A stretch of 59,809 bases of DNA from an uncultured Clostridia bacterium (GCA_944349735.1 CALVNM010000003.1:1-59809), one strand, 5' to 3'; shown: positions 13,238 through 23,313, counted from the first letter of the stretch. Numbers and translations: made by a program. Notes: a model not told the origin generated them from the letters alone.

Positions 13238-15142
13238 TTATTCGCCGTCCTTTCCGTTCTCTTCGCTTTTCGCGCTTACGGCTGTCGCCGCTTCGCGCTT
13301 CCTAAGCCACAGAAGAAGGACGGTGACGTCCGCCGAATTCACCCCGCTTATGCGCGCCGCCTGCGCTACAGTCATAGGCTTGACCGCGTCGAGCTTTTCG
13401 CGCGCCTCCTTGCGGATCCCTTCTATCGACGAATAATCGATGTCGGGCGAAAGCCTCTTCTCTTCCATGCGCTGAGCTTCCTTTATCGTGCGCTGTTCCT
13501 TGACGAGATAGCCTTCGTAGCGGATCTCGGTTGCGACGTTGAAAAAGGCGTCGTAATCGTACTTCGAAAAGGCGGGATCTATCATGAGAAGCTCCCGCGC
13601 GGATAGCCTTCCGCGTCTTAATATCTCCTCTCCGGATATGCTGCCGCCGGGGAGCGTTTCTCCTTTCGCGGTAAAAACTTCCTCCACTTCTTCGGGCTTG
13701 TATCTATGTTTGAGCGCTTCGCGTATTTCTGCTATTTCGGCTACCTTTTTGATATATTTGGAATACCGTTCGTCGTCTACCGTTCCGAGTTCTCTGCCTT
13801 TCGCGGTGAGTCTCAGGTCGGCGTTATCCTGCCTTAAATGCAATCTGTATTCGGCGCGCGAGGTCATCATGCGGTAAGGCTCCTCGGTGCCTTTTGTGAC
13901 TAAATCGTCGATGAGTACGCCTATGTAGGACTCGTCTCTGCGCATGACGAAAGGCTCTTTTCCGTCGAGATAACGGGATGCGTTGATACCTGCCACAAGC
14001 CCCTGCGCCGCCGCCTCCTCGTACCCGCTGCTGCCGTTGATCTGACCTGCGGAATACAGTCCCTTGTACTTCTTCACGCCTAGCCCGGCGTTGAGTTCGA
14101 GAGGATTGAGGCAGTCGTACTCTATCGCGTAGCCGTAACGCGTTATCTTCGCTTTCTCGAGCCCGCGTATCGAATGCACCATCTCTTCCTGCACGTCGTA
14201 CGGAAGCGACGTGCTCAGACCCTGAGCGTACATTTCCTCGGTGTCCGCTCCTTCCGGCTCTATGAATACCTGATGTCTCTCCTTATCCGCGAAGCGCACC
14301 ACTTTTGTCTCTATCGAGGGACAATACCTCGGTCCCACGCCGCTGATCTCGCCGTTATACATGGGCGCGCGCGAAAGATTGTCCAATATGATCTTGTGCG
14401 TGCGCGCGTTCGTATACGTCAGCCAGCATTTCTTGTCGTTGCGGACTTCGTCTTCCGTAAGCATCGAGAATGCGGGAAGCCCCTCTTCTCCGCACTGCTC
14501 CTCCATCGCGCCGTAGTCGATAGACGACGACAGGATGCGCATGGGCGTACCGGTCTTGAATCTCCTGATGTCGAGACCGAGCGCAAGGAGATTCGCGGTA
14601 AGCGCGGTACTCCTCATGAACCCTGCGGGGCCCGTGGCGCGCACGTATTCTCCGGTTATTATCCTCGCGTCGAGATATACTCCCGTCGCCATTACGACGG
14701 CGCGCGCGGAGTACGTCTTGCCCATTGCGGTCTTTACTCCGCATACGGCTCCGTTGTCGATAAGTATCTCCGCGGCTTCCGCTTCGGTTATGTCGAGGCC
14801 GTCGGTAAGTTCGAGCTTCCGCTTCATGAGACGATGATAGAGGTTCTTATCCACCTGCGCCCTCAGACTGTGTACGGCGGGTCCGTTGCCCGCGTTGAGC
14901 ATCCTCCGCTGTATCGTCGCCCGATCGGCTATTTCGCCCATTATGCCGCCCAATGCGTCCACTTCCTTCACGAGGTGTCCTTTCGCCGTGCCTCCCACGT
15001 TCGGATTGCACGCCATAAAAGCCACCGCTTCGAGCGACAGCGAGAGGAGCAAAGTCCTTTTGCCCGTTTTTGCAAGTACGTGCGCCGCTTCCGCTCCCGC
15101 ATGCCCCGCGCCTATCACTATTGCGTCGTAATCGTAAATCAC
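13238..15142 (-). CDS. mnmG: tRNA uridine 5-carboxymethylaminomethyl modification enzyme MnmG (GidA)
   Basis: YDAIVIGAGHAGAEAA FAD motif. Likely GTG start at 15142 with AGGAAA upstream, 2 nt after the mnmE stop. The track ORF reaches 15232 by overlapping mnmE. Confidence 0.95.
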   Translation of the reverse strand: MIYDYDAIVIGAGHAGAEAAHVLAKTGKRTLLLSLSLEAVAFMACNPNVGGTAKGHLVKEVDALGGIMGEIADRATIQRRMLNAGNGPAVHSLRAQVDKNLYHRLMKRKLELTDGLDITEAEAAEILIDNGAVCGVKTAMGKTYSARAVVMATGVYLDARIITGEYVRATGPAGFMRSTALTANLLALGLDIRRFKTGTPMRILSSSIDYGAMEEQCGEEGLPAFSMLTEDEVRNDKKCWLTYTNARTHKIILDNLSRAPMYNGEISGVGPRYCPSIETKVVRFADKERHQVFIEPEGADTEEMYAQGLSTSLPYDVQEEMVHSIRGLEKAKITRYGYAIEYDCLNPLELNAGLGVKKYKGLYSAGQINGSSGYEEAAAQGLVAGINASRYLDGKEPFVMRRDESYIGVLIDDLVTKGTEEPYRMMTSRAEYRLHLRQDNADLRLTAKGRELGTVDDERYSKYIKKVAEIAEIREALKHRYKPEEVEEVFTAKGETLPGGSISGEEILRRGRLSARELLMIDPAFSKYDYDAFFNVATEIRYEGYLVKEQRTIKEAQRMEEKRLSPDIDYSSIEGIRKEAREKLDAVKPMTVAQAARISGVNSADVTVLLLWLRKREAATAVSAKSEENGKDGE

Positions 15143-15144
15143 TT

Positions 15145-16470
15145 CTATTTTCCTACGCAGAATCTCGAGAATATTTCGTCCACCACGCTCTCCGCCACGT
15201 CCTCTCCGGTGAGAGAACAAAGCTCCGCCCACGCCGCCTTGACGTCTACGGCAAGACAGTCAAGCCCTGCCGCGCCGATTGCGCCGAGCGCGGAATCCAC
15301 GTGGTCCGCCGCGGCTTTCACCGCGAATATCTGTCTTTCTCTTGTTAAAATCGGCGTTTCCAGTCTCTTTTTAAGCTCCAGTTTGTCCGCTATCAAGGCG
15401 GTTAGCGCGTCGATATTCGCTCCCGTTTTCGCCTCGGTCACGATGTCCGCTTCGCGGGGATATTTCTCCGCGTCGCCTTTGTTAGCCACGCGAATATGCT
15501 TCTTGTGCCTGATCTTGGCGTACAGCGCGCGTTCCTCTTCGCTCTCGGGTACCGAGCAGTCCGTCACGAATATAACGAGATCCGCTCCTTCTATCGCGCG
15601 CTCCGCACGCGCGATACCTATGCGTTCCACTTCGTCGGATCCTTCGCGTATCCCCGCCGTGTCGGATACGTTTATCGTCACGCCTTCGAGTTCGAAGCTC
15701 TCGCGCAAAACGTCCCGCGTCGTTCCCGCAATGTCGGTCACTATCGCGCGGTCGTCCCGGAGAAGAGCGTTCATGAGACTCGATTTCCCTACGTTGGTAA
15801 GCCCAGCAAGCACGAGACTCAGCCCTTCTTTAAGCATGCGTCTGTCTTTGCTGCCCTCGTAAAGCCTCGTAAGTTCCGCTTTCGCTTCGGTGAGCGCGGC
15901 TTCTATGAGCGGCATATTGTCGTCGGTAAGCTCCTCGGGATAATCGAGAACGGCGTCGATATTCGCGGCGGCTTCGATAAGGAATTCCTTGACGCGTTCG
16001 ATGCCTTTGCTGACCTCTCCGCCCATCATGCGGTATGCCTGCATGGCTTCCGCTTCCGAGCCCGCCGAGATCATGTCTTCGATGCCTTCGGCTTCGGCGA
16101 GATCGAGTTTTCCGTTGAGATACGCCCTTTTAGTAAATTCGCCGGGAAGCGCTGGGCGCGCGCCGAGCGCGACCAGTCTTCTCAGAAGTCCGTCGAGCAC
16201 GACTTTGCCGCCGTGCAGATGGAATTCGACCACGTCTTCTCCGGTATATGATTTAGGCGCTTTGCAATACATGCAAAACGCCTTGTCCGCGAAATTTCCG
16301 GCATCCGCTTTGCCGAGATACATCCTGTAAGGTTCCGCGGTCTCCGCGCTCCAGCCCTTCGCGGCGAATACTTTAGCCGCGACGGAGAGCGCGTCTTCTC
16401 CGCTCAATCTCAGTATTCCGACAGCGGCTGTCCCCGCTGCGGTCGCCGGCGCCACGATCGTGTCTTTCAT
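15145..16470 (-). CDS. mnmE: tRNA modification GTPase MnmE (TrmE)
   Basis: G-domain GLTNVGKSSLMN, DTAG, and the C-terminal CVGK tetrapeptide. Confidence 0.95.
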   Translation of the reverse strand: MKDTIVAPATAAGTAAVGILRLSGEDALSVAAKVFAAKGWSAETAEPYRMYLGKADAGNFADKAFCMYCKAPKSYTGEDVVEFHLHGGKVVLDGLLRRLVALGARPALPGEFTKRAYLNGKLDLAEAEGIEDMISAGSEAEAMQAYRMMGGEVSKGIERVKEFLIEAAANIDAVLDYPEELTDDNMPLIEAALTEAKAELTRLYEGSKDRRMLKEGLSLVLAGLTNVGKSSLMNALLRDDRAIVTDIAGTTRDVLRESFELEGVTINVSDTAGIREGSDEVERIGIARAERAIEGADLVIFVTDCSVPESEEERALYAKIRHKKHIRVANKGDAEKYPREADIVTEAKTGANIDALTALIADKLELKKRLETPILTRERQIFAVKAAADHVDSALGAIGAAGLDCLAVDVKAAWAELCSLTGEDVAESVVDEIFSRFCVGK

Positions 16471-16484
16471 ACCCTATAATATTT

Positions 16485-17342
16485 CTAATACGGCTTCTTG
16501 GATGGAGCGCCGTAAGACTTGGTCTTCACCGCGCCTTTGCGGCGGAACTTCGCGCTCGTCCCGTAAGTCATCTTAGGCGCTTCATCGTATCCTTCTTCGC
16601 GCCTTCTCTGTCTCTCGGGCGCTTCGTTCTTAGGAATTATCACGATGTGACGGTAGCTTCCCTCGCCTTCCGACTCGGTGCGTACGAATTTGTCTCCGTG
16701 AAGCGCGGTGTGTATAACTCTGCGCTCGAAGGGATTCATCGCTTCGAGAGATACCCTGCGCCCCGTGCGCGCGGCTTTGCGCGCGAGCCTCAAGGCAAGG
16801 TTGGTAAGGGTTTCGTTCCTCTTCATCCTGTAATTCTCCGCGTCGAGAGAAACGCGTATGAATTCTTTTACGGAATTGTTGGCTATCCAGAGCGCCATGT
16901 ACTGAACGGCATCGAGCACGTCGCCTCTGTATCCTATTATCGCGCCCGCGCCTTTTCCGCTGATGCGGACGTCGATCTCTTCGCCTTTACGGCTGACCTC
17001 GGCGGTACAATCGAGCCTCATTTCGGCAAGAAGCCCGTCTATGAAGTTCCTCACTCTTTCTTCCGCCGCCGCGCATTCTTCTTCCGTAAGCGCGGGTTTG
17101 CCGGCTTCGTCCGAAGCGCTTACCGCGCTGTCTTCGGCCTCTTCGCCGATTTCCGCAGCGTCTTCCTCCGCGTCCGACGCGATTTTCTCTTTAACGGTTA
17201 TCTCTACGGTGGGCTTAGTGAAAAATCCCCCTTTGCTTTTGACTTTGATCTCCGCTTCTTCTTCCGTTATGCCGAGCGCCGCTAGTCCTTTTTCTATAGC
17301 GTCACGCACGCTCGCGCCTTCGAATACGTTCTCCTTCTTCAT
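16485..17342 (-). CDS. jag: Jag/KhpB RNA-binding protein (Jag_N, KH, R3H)
   Basis: Position between yidC and mnmE. KH-like GAIIGYRGDVLDAVQY and R3H-like FERRVIHTALH segments. Confidence 0.85.
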   Translation of the reverse strand: MKKENVFEGASVRDAIEKGLAALGITEEEAEIKVKSKGGFFTKPTVEITVKEKIASDAEEDAAEIGEEAEDSAVSASDEAGKPALTEEECAAAEERVRNFIDGLLAEMRLDCTAEVSRKGEEIDVRISGKGAGAIIGYRGDVLDAVQYMALWIANNSVKEFIRVSLDAENYRMKRNETLTNLALRLARKAARTGRRVSLEAMNPFERRVIHTALHGDKFVRTESEGEGSYRHIVIIPKNEAPERQRRREEGYDEAPKMTYGTSAKFRRKGAVKTKSYGAPSKKPY

Positions 17343-17379
17343 CTCTTACTCCTTATGATCCTCTTTCCCCCGTCCCCTT

Positions 17380-18450
17380 CTATTTCTTGACAGTAGTACT
17401 CATGATGTATTCGCGCTCTTTGGTGTCGCGCTTCTTCTGCACGATGTTCCATGTCATGTTGAACGCAAGGTTCAAAAAGCTCCTTATGAACATGTACAGC
17501 GAGAACGCCGTACTGTAGAAGAGCGAGAACACGCCCATGATAACGGGCATGACGAAAGACATCATCTTCATCTGATTCTGCTGCATCTTGACCTGCTCTT
17601 CGCTCTGTCCCGCCATCTGCGGCTGGTCGGGCGACTTGATGAGCTTGGAAGATACAAAGCTCAGTACGAGAACCAATACCGGCAATATAAGATACCCGTT
17701 CCAGGCGCTTTTGCCTTTTTCGGTAACGTTATATTTCTCGATCAACGGCTTCATCACCTTCTCGTAGACAGCCGAATCGACGTCGGTTATCCCGAGCTTG
17801 CCCATACCCGTACCGGCATACGTGGAGGCGTCCGGTATAGGATCCGCCCAGGTGTCCGGCATGAATATGTTCTGCGTAAGCAGGAATTTTTCGGGCTTAT
17901 ACGCTTCGGCGACTGCATTCTCCGCTGCGGCGGTCGCGGCGGCGACTGCTTCTTCCGCAGAAAGTCCGGAGCCTGTGGCGGAGTTGTAATTTTCGGCGTA
18001 AGTGGTCTCGTACACGTTCTGAAGATTGTCGAACACGACGCTGTTGTAATGTTTGACCGCCGAATTGAAACCGCCGAAAACGACGAAGAACAATATCATC
18101 GTCACAAGCATCGGCAGACAGGCTTTGGTCGCGGAATACTTATACTTCGAATACAGCTCGCGCTGCTTCTGCATAAGCGTCGCTTTGTCGTTAGCGTACA
18201 GCGCGTTGACCTTCTCGAGTTCGGGCTTCATCGCCTCCATCTTGCGGGCGTTGCTTCTCGAAATAAGCTTCTGCCAGATGTCGAGCGGCATCGTGAGCAG
18301 CGTCAGGAATACCGTGAAAACGATGACCGTCAGCGCGAAAGGTCCGATAAGATCGCTCTCCACGCCCCAGGACAGCACCCACTTGTAAAGGACGTTGTAA
18401 ACGAGCTTACCGATAAGGTTCAGATCTGTTGCCAGACTCATAAAGTCCAT
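17380..18450 (-). CDS. yidC: Membrane protein insertase YidC/Oxa1 family
   Basis: Polytopic protein in the rnpA-yidD-yidC-jag context. ATG at 18450 preceded by AGGAG. The upstream part of the track ORF is an out-of-context R-rich extension. Confidence 0.9.
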   Translation of the reverse strand: MDFMSLATDLNLIGKLVYNVLYKWVLSWGVESDLIGPFALTVIVFTVFLTLLTMPLDIWQKLISRSNARKMEAMKPELEKVNALYANDKATLMQKQRELYSKYKYSATKACLPMLVTMILFFVVFGGFNSAVKHYNSVVFDNLQNVYETTYAENYNSATGSGLSAEEAVAAATAAAENAVAEAYKPEKFLLTQNIFMPDTWADPIPDASTYAGTGMGKLGITDVDSAVYEKVMKPLIEKYNVTEKGKSAWNGYLILPVLVLVLSFVSSKLIKSPDQPQMAGQSEEQVKMQQNQMKMMSFVMPVIMGVFSLFYSTAFSLYMFIRSFLNLAFNMTWNIVQKKRDTKEREYIMSTTVKK

Positions 18451-18683
18451 TTTGCGGCTCCTCTTAAATTCTCTTTGACGGGGTCGAAACCGCCCCTGCG
18501 GAAAGGATTGCAACGCAGAATCCTCATCGCGCCTTTGCAACAGCCGACGACGAAACCGTATTTGTTGATGGCGTCCAAAGTGTACATCGAACAGGTCGGG
18601 GTATAGATACAATCTCTTCCCATGACGGGCGAAAGCACCTTCTTATACCCGAGTATTAACCATCTCGAAACCGTCTTAAACAT
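18438..18683 (-). CDS. yidD: Membrane protein insertion efficiency factor YidD
   Basis: 81 aa with the LSPVMGRDCIYTPTCSMY and RCNPF motifs typical of YidD. Confidence 0.85.
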   Translation of the reverse strand: MFKTVSRWLILGYKKVLSPVMGRDCIYTPTCSMYTLDAINKYGFVVGCCKGAMRILRCNPFRRGGFDPVKENLRGAAKWTL

Positions 18684-19014
18684 TTGCCTCGATGTGTCCC
18701 GCCCTGACCAGCAGAGAGCGGATGGCTTCGCCTATTTCCGCAAAAGACGCTTCGGCTATCGGGTTCCTTGCGACCACCACGTACGTGTATTCGCCGCGGA
18801 TGTCGGGGATAAAACGCGCGAAATTCTCGTATATCCTTCTTTTTGCCAAATTTCTTACGACGCTTTTGCCTACTTTTTTACTTACGCTCACGCCGACTTT
18901 GATACCTTTAGCGGGTACGAACTCGAGTACGAGAAGCGGATGAGCGTAAGACTGACCCTTGCGATAAACGTAGCCGAAACTTGCGTTCTTTTTGAGTCTG
19001 TAGGCTCTCTGCAT
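18676..19014 (-). CDS. rnpA: Ribonuclease P protein component
   Basis: 112 aa basic protein. RLKKNASF and VSVSKKVGKSVVRNLAKRR motifs. Located directly after rpmH. Confidence 0.9.
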   Translation of the reverse strand: MQRAYRLKKNASFGYVYRKGQSYAHPLLVLEFVPAKGIKVGVSVSKKVGKSVVRNLAKRRIYENFARFIPDIRGEYTYVVVARNPIAEASFAEIGEAIRSLLVRAGHIEANV

Positions 19015-19148
19015 TACGCGGAGATCACGGCTCTGCCCTTTCTTCTGCGGCGAGAAAGCACCTTTCTGCCGCCCTTAGTGGACATTCTCTGACGGAAACC
19101 GTGGACTTTGCTCTTTTGTCTTTTTTTGGGTTGATAAGTTCTTTTCAT
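19014..19148 (-). CDS. rpmH: 50S ribosomal protein L34 (not in the ORF track because it is under 60 aa)
   Basis: Manual translation gives [49 protein letters not shown] stop/start overlap with rnpA. SD GAGGAG upstream. Confidence 0.95.
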   Translation of the reverse strand: MKRTYQPKKRQKSKVHGFRQRMSTKGGRKVLSRRRRKGRAVISA

Positions 19149-19216
19149 GATGATTCACTCCTCAATCGATGGATTTATTCGTTTTTATGCGCGCGTAAAA
19201 GAAAACGCGCTTTAGT

Positions 19217-19245
19217 ATTATAATTGAAAAGGCTATGCCTGTCAA
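19217..19245 (-). promoter_or_regulatory. Consensus sigma-A promoter of the rpmH operon (TTGACA-17-TATAAT)
   Basis: Minus strand reads gcTTGACAggcatagccttttcaatTATAATacta, about 70 nt upstream of the rpmH ATG. Confidence 0.6.
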
Positions 19246-19346
19246 GCAAAAACGCCGCCATATCTTCAATGTGCTTCCTTCTCGCGGGCTATGCCCTACA
19301 GACAGCCGTTTAAGCGAATATCACACGCACTCCGGGCATAGAATAC

Positions 19347-19387
19347 TGTGGACAACTCTGTGGAAAAGCGCTACTCATTGTGGATAA
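19347..19387 (-). promoter_or_regulatory. Three tandem same-orientation DnaA boxes
   Basis: TGTGGACAA (19347, 1 mismatch), TGTGGAAAA (19359, 1 mismatch), TGTGGATAA (19379, perfect reverse complement of TTATCCACA). Confidence 0.55.
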
Positions 19388-20192
19388 CCGCCTGCGGAGA
19401 TTGTCGAATTTTGACGTAAAGGCGTATTTCGGGAACCCGTATCGGCTGCCCGCCTGCGCCGTGGAGAGAGCCTTGATAATCGTAGTAGGAAAAAAGAAAC
19501 TGTGGACAGCGGCGATAGCGCTTCTGGTACTGGCGGCTATAGCCGCTATAAGCGTAGCGGCGGCATACGCCTATTCTCCCGGAATAAGGAAAGTCATCGT
19601 GATAGACGCCGGACACGGCGGAGCCGACGGCGGCGTTACCGGAGTAAATACGGGAGTTACGGAAGCCGAAATAAATCTTACGGTTGCCCGATTGGTGGCA
19701 ACAGAGCTTAAAGCGCTCGGCTACGAAACCGTGCTAACGCGCGACGACGAAGGCGAAGCGGGAGTCTTCGCGGAGAATGACGAAGCGGCTTTATACAACA
19801 AGCGCGAAGAGATGCAACGCCGCAGAGACATCATTTCCGCAGCCGATCCGCTGTGCGTAATAAGCATCCACTGCAATAATTTTCCGTCGCCATCGAGACG
19901 CGGCGCGCAGGTTTTCTATTCGGCGGGTTCCTCGGGAGGTAAGGCTCTCGCGGCAATCGTACAATCGGCACTCAACAAACTGAATACCGAAAAAACGGGC
20001 AGAACATATTCCGCCCTCGGCGGAGACTATTATATTCTTAACTGCACGGCGTACCCTTCCGCGATAGTGGAATGCGGTTTCCTGTCCAATCCCGAGGACG
20101 AAAAGCTGCTTACGGACGACGGCTACCGCGCTCTTCTTGCCGTTACGATAGCCCGCGCCGTCAACGAGTACGTTTCCTCTTCGCTGAAATAA
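19380..20192 (+). CDS. cwlD: N-acetylmuramoyl-L-alanine amidase, CwlD-like. The true start is probably internal (GTG 19461 or TTG 19473).
   Basis: VIVIDAGHGGADGG, ISIHCN and ECGFLSNPEDE amidase_3 motifs after one TM helix. GGAGAG lies just upstream of the TTG at 19473, which would give about 239 aa. Confidence 0.75.
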   Translation: MDNRLRRLSNFDVKAYFGNPYRLPACAVERALIIVVGKKKLWTAAIALLVLAAIAAISVAAAYAYSPGIRKVIVIDAGHGGADGGVTGVNTGVTEAEINLTVARLVATELKALGYETVLTRDDEGEAGVFAENDEAALYNKREEMQRRRDIISAADPLCVISIHCNNFPSPSRRGAQVFYSAGSSGGKALAAIVQSALNKLNTEKTGRTYSALGGDYYILNCTAYPSAIVECGFLSNPEDEKLLTDDGYRALLAVTIARAVNEYVSSSLK

Positions 20193-20214
20193 AAAATACC
20201 GGCTGCGCCGGTAT
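20190..20214 (-). terminator. Rho-independent terminator downstream of radC (between convergent genes)
   Basis: ATACCGGC tgc GCCGGTAT. On the minus strand it is followed by TTTTTTATTT. Confidence 0.55.
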
Positions 20215-20215
20215 G

Positions 20216-20938
20216 TCATCTTTCCGTTGTCATGTCTTCGCCGTCGTACGTGAACGGCGCGCCCGATTCGTTGAGCGACGATCTCTCTCCTCTCACTCCG
20301 AAAGTTCCGCCGCGCAACATACTGTGATAATTCCCTCCCGACACGACCAGATGATCGAGAAGAGCAACGCCTAACGGACTCAGTATCTTCCCGATAAACT
20401 CGGTGCTTCGTACGTCGCTTTCGGAGGGCGTTACGTCGCCCGAAGGGTGATTGTGTCCGAGTATCACCGCCGCGGCGTTGGTGTTGAGAGCTGCGGACGC
20501 GATCTTTCTTATCTCAACGTCGGTCTCAACGGGCGTTCCCGAATTCATCTCCCGCGTGCAGATGATCTTACCCCTGTTCGTAAGGAACACGGCTACTGTC
20601 TTTTCGATTTTCTCCCCGCCTATCAGGGCGTTGAAATACTTGGCGGCAGAGGCGGCGTCGGTTATCTTGCCGCGGTCCAGCGCGGCGTCCGTGGCGGCGC
20701 GCGTCACTATATGCCTCAGCTGCGGAAAAGTGAGCGCCGCAAGCTTGGGCATCCCCGGAACGTTGAGGAGTGCGTCTTCCGACGCGTGCAGAACGTTGTC
20801 GAGCGAACCGAATTCGTCGAGAAGCGCGTGCGCAATCGGCACGGTATCCTTCTGCGGCACGTACGGATACAGCATGAATTCCAGTATCTCGTGCGGAGCA
20901 AGTCCCTCGATACCGTTAAGATGCACCTTTTCTCTCAT
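20216..20938 (-). CDS. radC: RadC-like JAB-domain protein
   Basis: HhH-like N-terminal region and JAMM-like GHNHPSGDVTPSESD motif. Start taken at MREKVHLNG. An alternative ATG is at 20962 and the ORF extends to 21070. Confidence 0.85.
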   Translation of the reverse strand: MREKVHLNGIEGLAPHEILEFMLYPYVPQKDTVPIAHALLDEFGSLDNVLHASEDALLNVPGMPKLAALTFPQLRHIVTRAATDAALDRGKITDAASAAKYFNALIGGEKIEKTVAVFLTNRGKIICTREMNSGTPVETDVEIRKIASAALNTNAAAVILGHNHPSGDVTPSESDVRSTEFIGKILSPLGVALLDHLVVSGGNYHSMLRGGTFGVRGERSSLNESGAPFTYDGEDMTTER

Positions 20939-21084
20939 GCGTTGTCTTCTGCCTGCTCCCATAGAAGTATTCCCCGATTTACAAAATACGCCCGAATTCC
21001 TCAAGGCTACCGAAATAAATAATAACACATCGCGGTCAAAGTGTGTATAATATTTATATAATTTTCTCAAATCGGAGGTTTGCC

Positions 21085-22392
21085 GTGGATTATTTCGACG
21101 AAGCCGTCAATTGTCTTCGTGAGTTGATCGGGATCGATTCGGTACAGTCCGCTCCCGCAGCGGGCGCGCCTTTCGGCAAAGGCGTGAGAGAAGCGCTCGA
21201 CTATATGCTTAGCGTTATGGAAAAGGCGGGTTTCCGTACCTTCGTCAAAGACGGATACTACGGTTACGCCGAGATCGGCTCTGCCGATAAACCGCTTTTC
21301 GGGGTACTCAATCACCTTGACGTAGTGCCCGTAACCGAAGGATGGAGTCACGATCCTTTCGGCGGAGAGATCGACGGCGGCTGTATATGGGGAAGAGGCG
21401 CCGAGGACGACAAGGGTCCCGCGGTAGCTGCTTTTTTCGCTGCAAAAGAGCTGCTCGACGAAGGGCGCGTACCCAAAGTAAGGTTACGTTTCATACTCGG
21501 GACAAACGAGGAAAGCGGATGGAAATGCATGGATAAGTATAAAGCGAACGAGGAAATGCCCGAGACGGGATTTTCTCCCGACGCGGATTTCCCCGTAATC
21601 AACTGCGAAAAGGGCGTCGCATTCTACAACGTCCGTATGCCGCTTCCCGAAGGCATCGTATTCGTGACGAGCGGGACGCGCGCCAACATTGTGCCCGACT
21701 ACGCCGAAGCCTTGGTGAAAAGCTCCGGGTATACGACGTCCGCGGCCGAAAAAGCGGGCGCCGAATGTAGCGCTTCGGACGGCATGACCAAAATAGTCAC
21801 TCGCGGAGTTAGCGCACACGGAAGTTCGCCCCGATCCGGAGTCAACGCGCTCGTAGGTCTGTTGACAGCGCTCGGCGCGGTAAATCCGGACATAAAAAAG
21901 CTTGCCGACGCGCTCGGAAAAAGCGACGGATCCGGCTCGGGTCTTGCCTGTTCCGACAAGGAATCGGGAGCGCTCACGCTGAATGCGGGAGCCGCGCGCA
22001 CCGTAAACGGCGTGCTTTCGCTGGATCTAGATATACGTCATCCCGTCACGGTGAAGCGCGACGACGTCACCGCAAAACTCGCGGCGGCGTTGCCGTATGC
22101 GGAAGTGTCGCTCGTATCATACCACGATCCTCTGTTCGTTCCCAAAGATCATCCCCTAGTCCGCGGTCTTCTCGAAGCGTACAGAAAAGTAACGGGAGAT
22201 AAGGACGCCGAACCTATATCGATAGGCGGCGCGACATACGCGAGAGTTCTTCCGGTAGGCGTCGGATTCGGTCCCGTATTCCCGGGAGAAAAATCGTATA
22301 TACACATGCGGGACGAGCGTCTCCCGCTGGAAAGCTTCCGCAAAATGAAAGCGGTCTATAAAGAAGCGCTGTCTTTACTTTGCTTCGAGTAA
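21085..22392 (+). CDS. M20-family dipeptidase (PepV/Sapep-like)
   Basis: HLDVVPV...GWSHDPFGG...GRGAEDDKGP motifs. GTG start at 21085 preceded by GGAGG. Confidence 0.85.
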   Translation: MDYFDEAVNCLRELIGIDSVQSAPAAGAPFGKGVREALDYMLSVMEKAGFRTFVKDGYYGYAEIGSADKPLFGVLNHLDVVPVTEGWSHDPFGGEIDGGCIWGRGAEDDKGPAVAAFFAAKELLDEGRVPKVRLRFILGTNEESGWKCMDKYKANEEMPETGFSPDADFPVINCEKGVAFYNVRMPLPEGIVFVTSGTRANIVPDYAEALVKSSGYTTSAAEKAGAECSASDGMTKIVTRGVSAHGSSPRSGVNALVGLLTALGAVNPDIKKLADALGKSDGSGSGLACSDKESGALTLNAGAARTVNGVLSLDLDIRHPVTVKRDDVTAKLAAALPYAEVSLVSYHDPLFVPKDHPLVRGLLEAYRKVTGDKDAEPISIGGATYARVLPVGVGFGPVFPGEKSYIHMRDERLPLESFRKMKAVYKEALSLLCFE

Positions 22393-22415
22393 GCGACAGA
22401 ATAACTTAAAAAATT

Positions 22416-22440
22416 AACCGCCCTCCGGGGCGGTTTTAAT
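22416..22440 (+). terminator. Rho-independent terminator after the dipeptidase gene
   Basis: AACCGCCC tccg GGGCGGTT followed by TTAAT. Confidence 0.6.
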
Positions 22441-22755
22441 TACGAATACCCATAACGGACGATTGCGTACGGAAAGGAGAACCTTACGTTTTCAATTACG
22501 TTAAGCCGGTTTGCCGTCTGTCCTTATGCCGATACGGCATTACTCCCGGGAATTTCGCGCGTAGAGCGAGACCGGGGGCAAATCTACGTAAAAATCACGA
22601 GAAAACGGCTTTAAACATTGCATTTTCAGATCATTTAAAGATGTCCTATAAATCGTACTTTTATGCGATTTTGTATCAATCATCACGAATAATACCGATT
22701 TTTCAAAAACGTCGAAATTAGGCTTCAAATTGCGGCATTTTTCAAGTAAAAATTA

Positions 22756-22771
22756 TGTTCCACGTGGAACA
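22756..22771. promoter_or_regulatory. parS-like ParB-binding palindrome (site 1)
   Basis: TGTTCCACGTGGAACA is a perfect 16-bp palindrome with 1 mismatch to TGTTNCACGTGAAACA. Confidence 0.75.
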
Positions 22772-22966
22772 CTTATGTGCTTTAAATATTCGGACGAAGT
22801 TTCCCGAGGCAGTGCTTTGACCCGTAAATGAGCTGAATTATGGCTGTTTTCGTGCAAATTCATGCATTTTCAGGCACTTTTTTAAACGCAGATTTTTCGG
22901 GAGATATATGAGAAACATTCTATGAAAATCTTACCCTTTATCCCTGTTTTTTCGGCGCTTTTCCGA

Positions 22967-22982
22967 TGTTTCATATGGAACA
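22967..22982. promoter_or_regulatory. Degenerate parS-like site (site 2)
   Basis: TGTTTCATATGGAACA. The arms are conserved, but the central CACGTG is replaced by CATATG. Confidence 0.4.
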
Positions 22983-23183
22983 CGGCTCGACGCTTGTTCC
23001 GCATATTTCTTTCGCGCCGGATTTCTCTACTGTCATTCAAGCGCAAACATACAGGAAGCTATCCCTGTCCCGAATCGGGTTGATCGTTTCTTGCTCCGAC
23101 TCTCTTACGCTCCGATCTCTTCTCACGGCTCTATATATAAGATCTAACACTTTGCGGGTCTCTCCGTACGCGTGCGCGAGGCG

Positions 23184-23192
23184 TTATCCACA
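23184..23192 (+). promoter_or_regulatory. Perfect DnaA box
   Basis: TTATCCACA. Confidence 0.55.
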
Positions 23193-23313
23193 AGTTTCGG
23201 TGTTCCGCGTGTTTACATTCCTTTTTGTTTATAAATGATAATATATTCTCTTTTAAGTGTAATATTTTAACGTTTTTCTCCGTTTTATGCGTCTTTTCTT
23301 AACAATATTTTGT

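Noticed and set aside
22541-22554. Noc-binding-site-like palindrome TACTCCCGGGAATT (compare ATTTCCCGGGAAAT).
   Set aside because: Only about 10 of 14 positions match, it is a single occurrence, and no noc gene is in the window. The evidence is insufficient.
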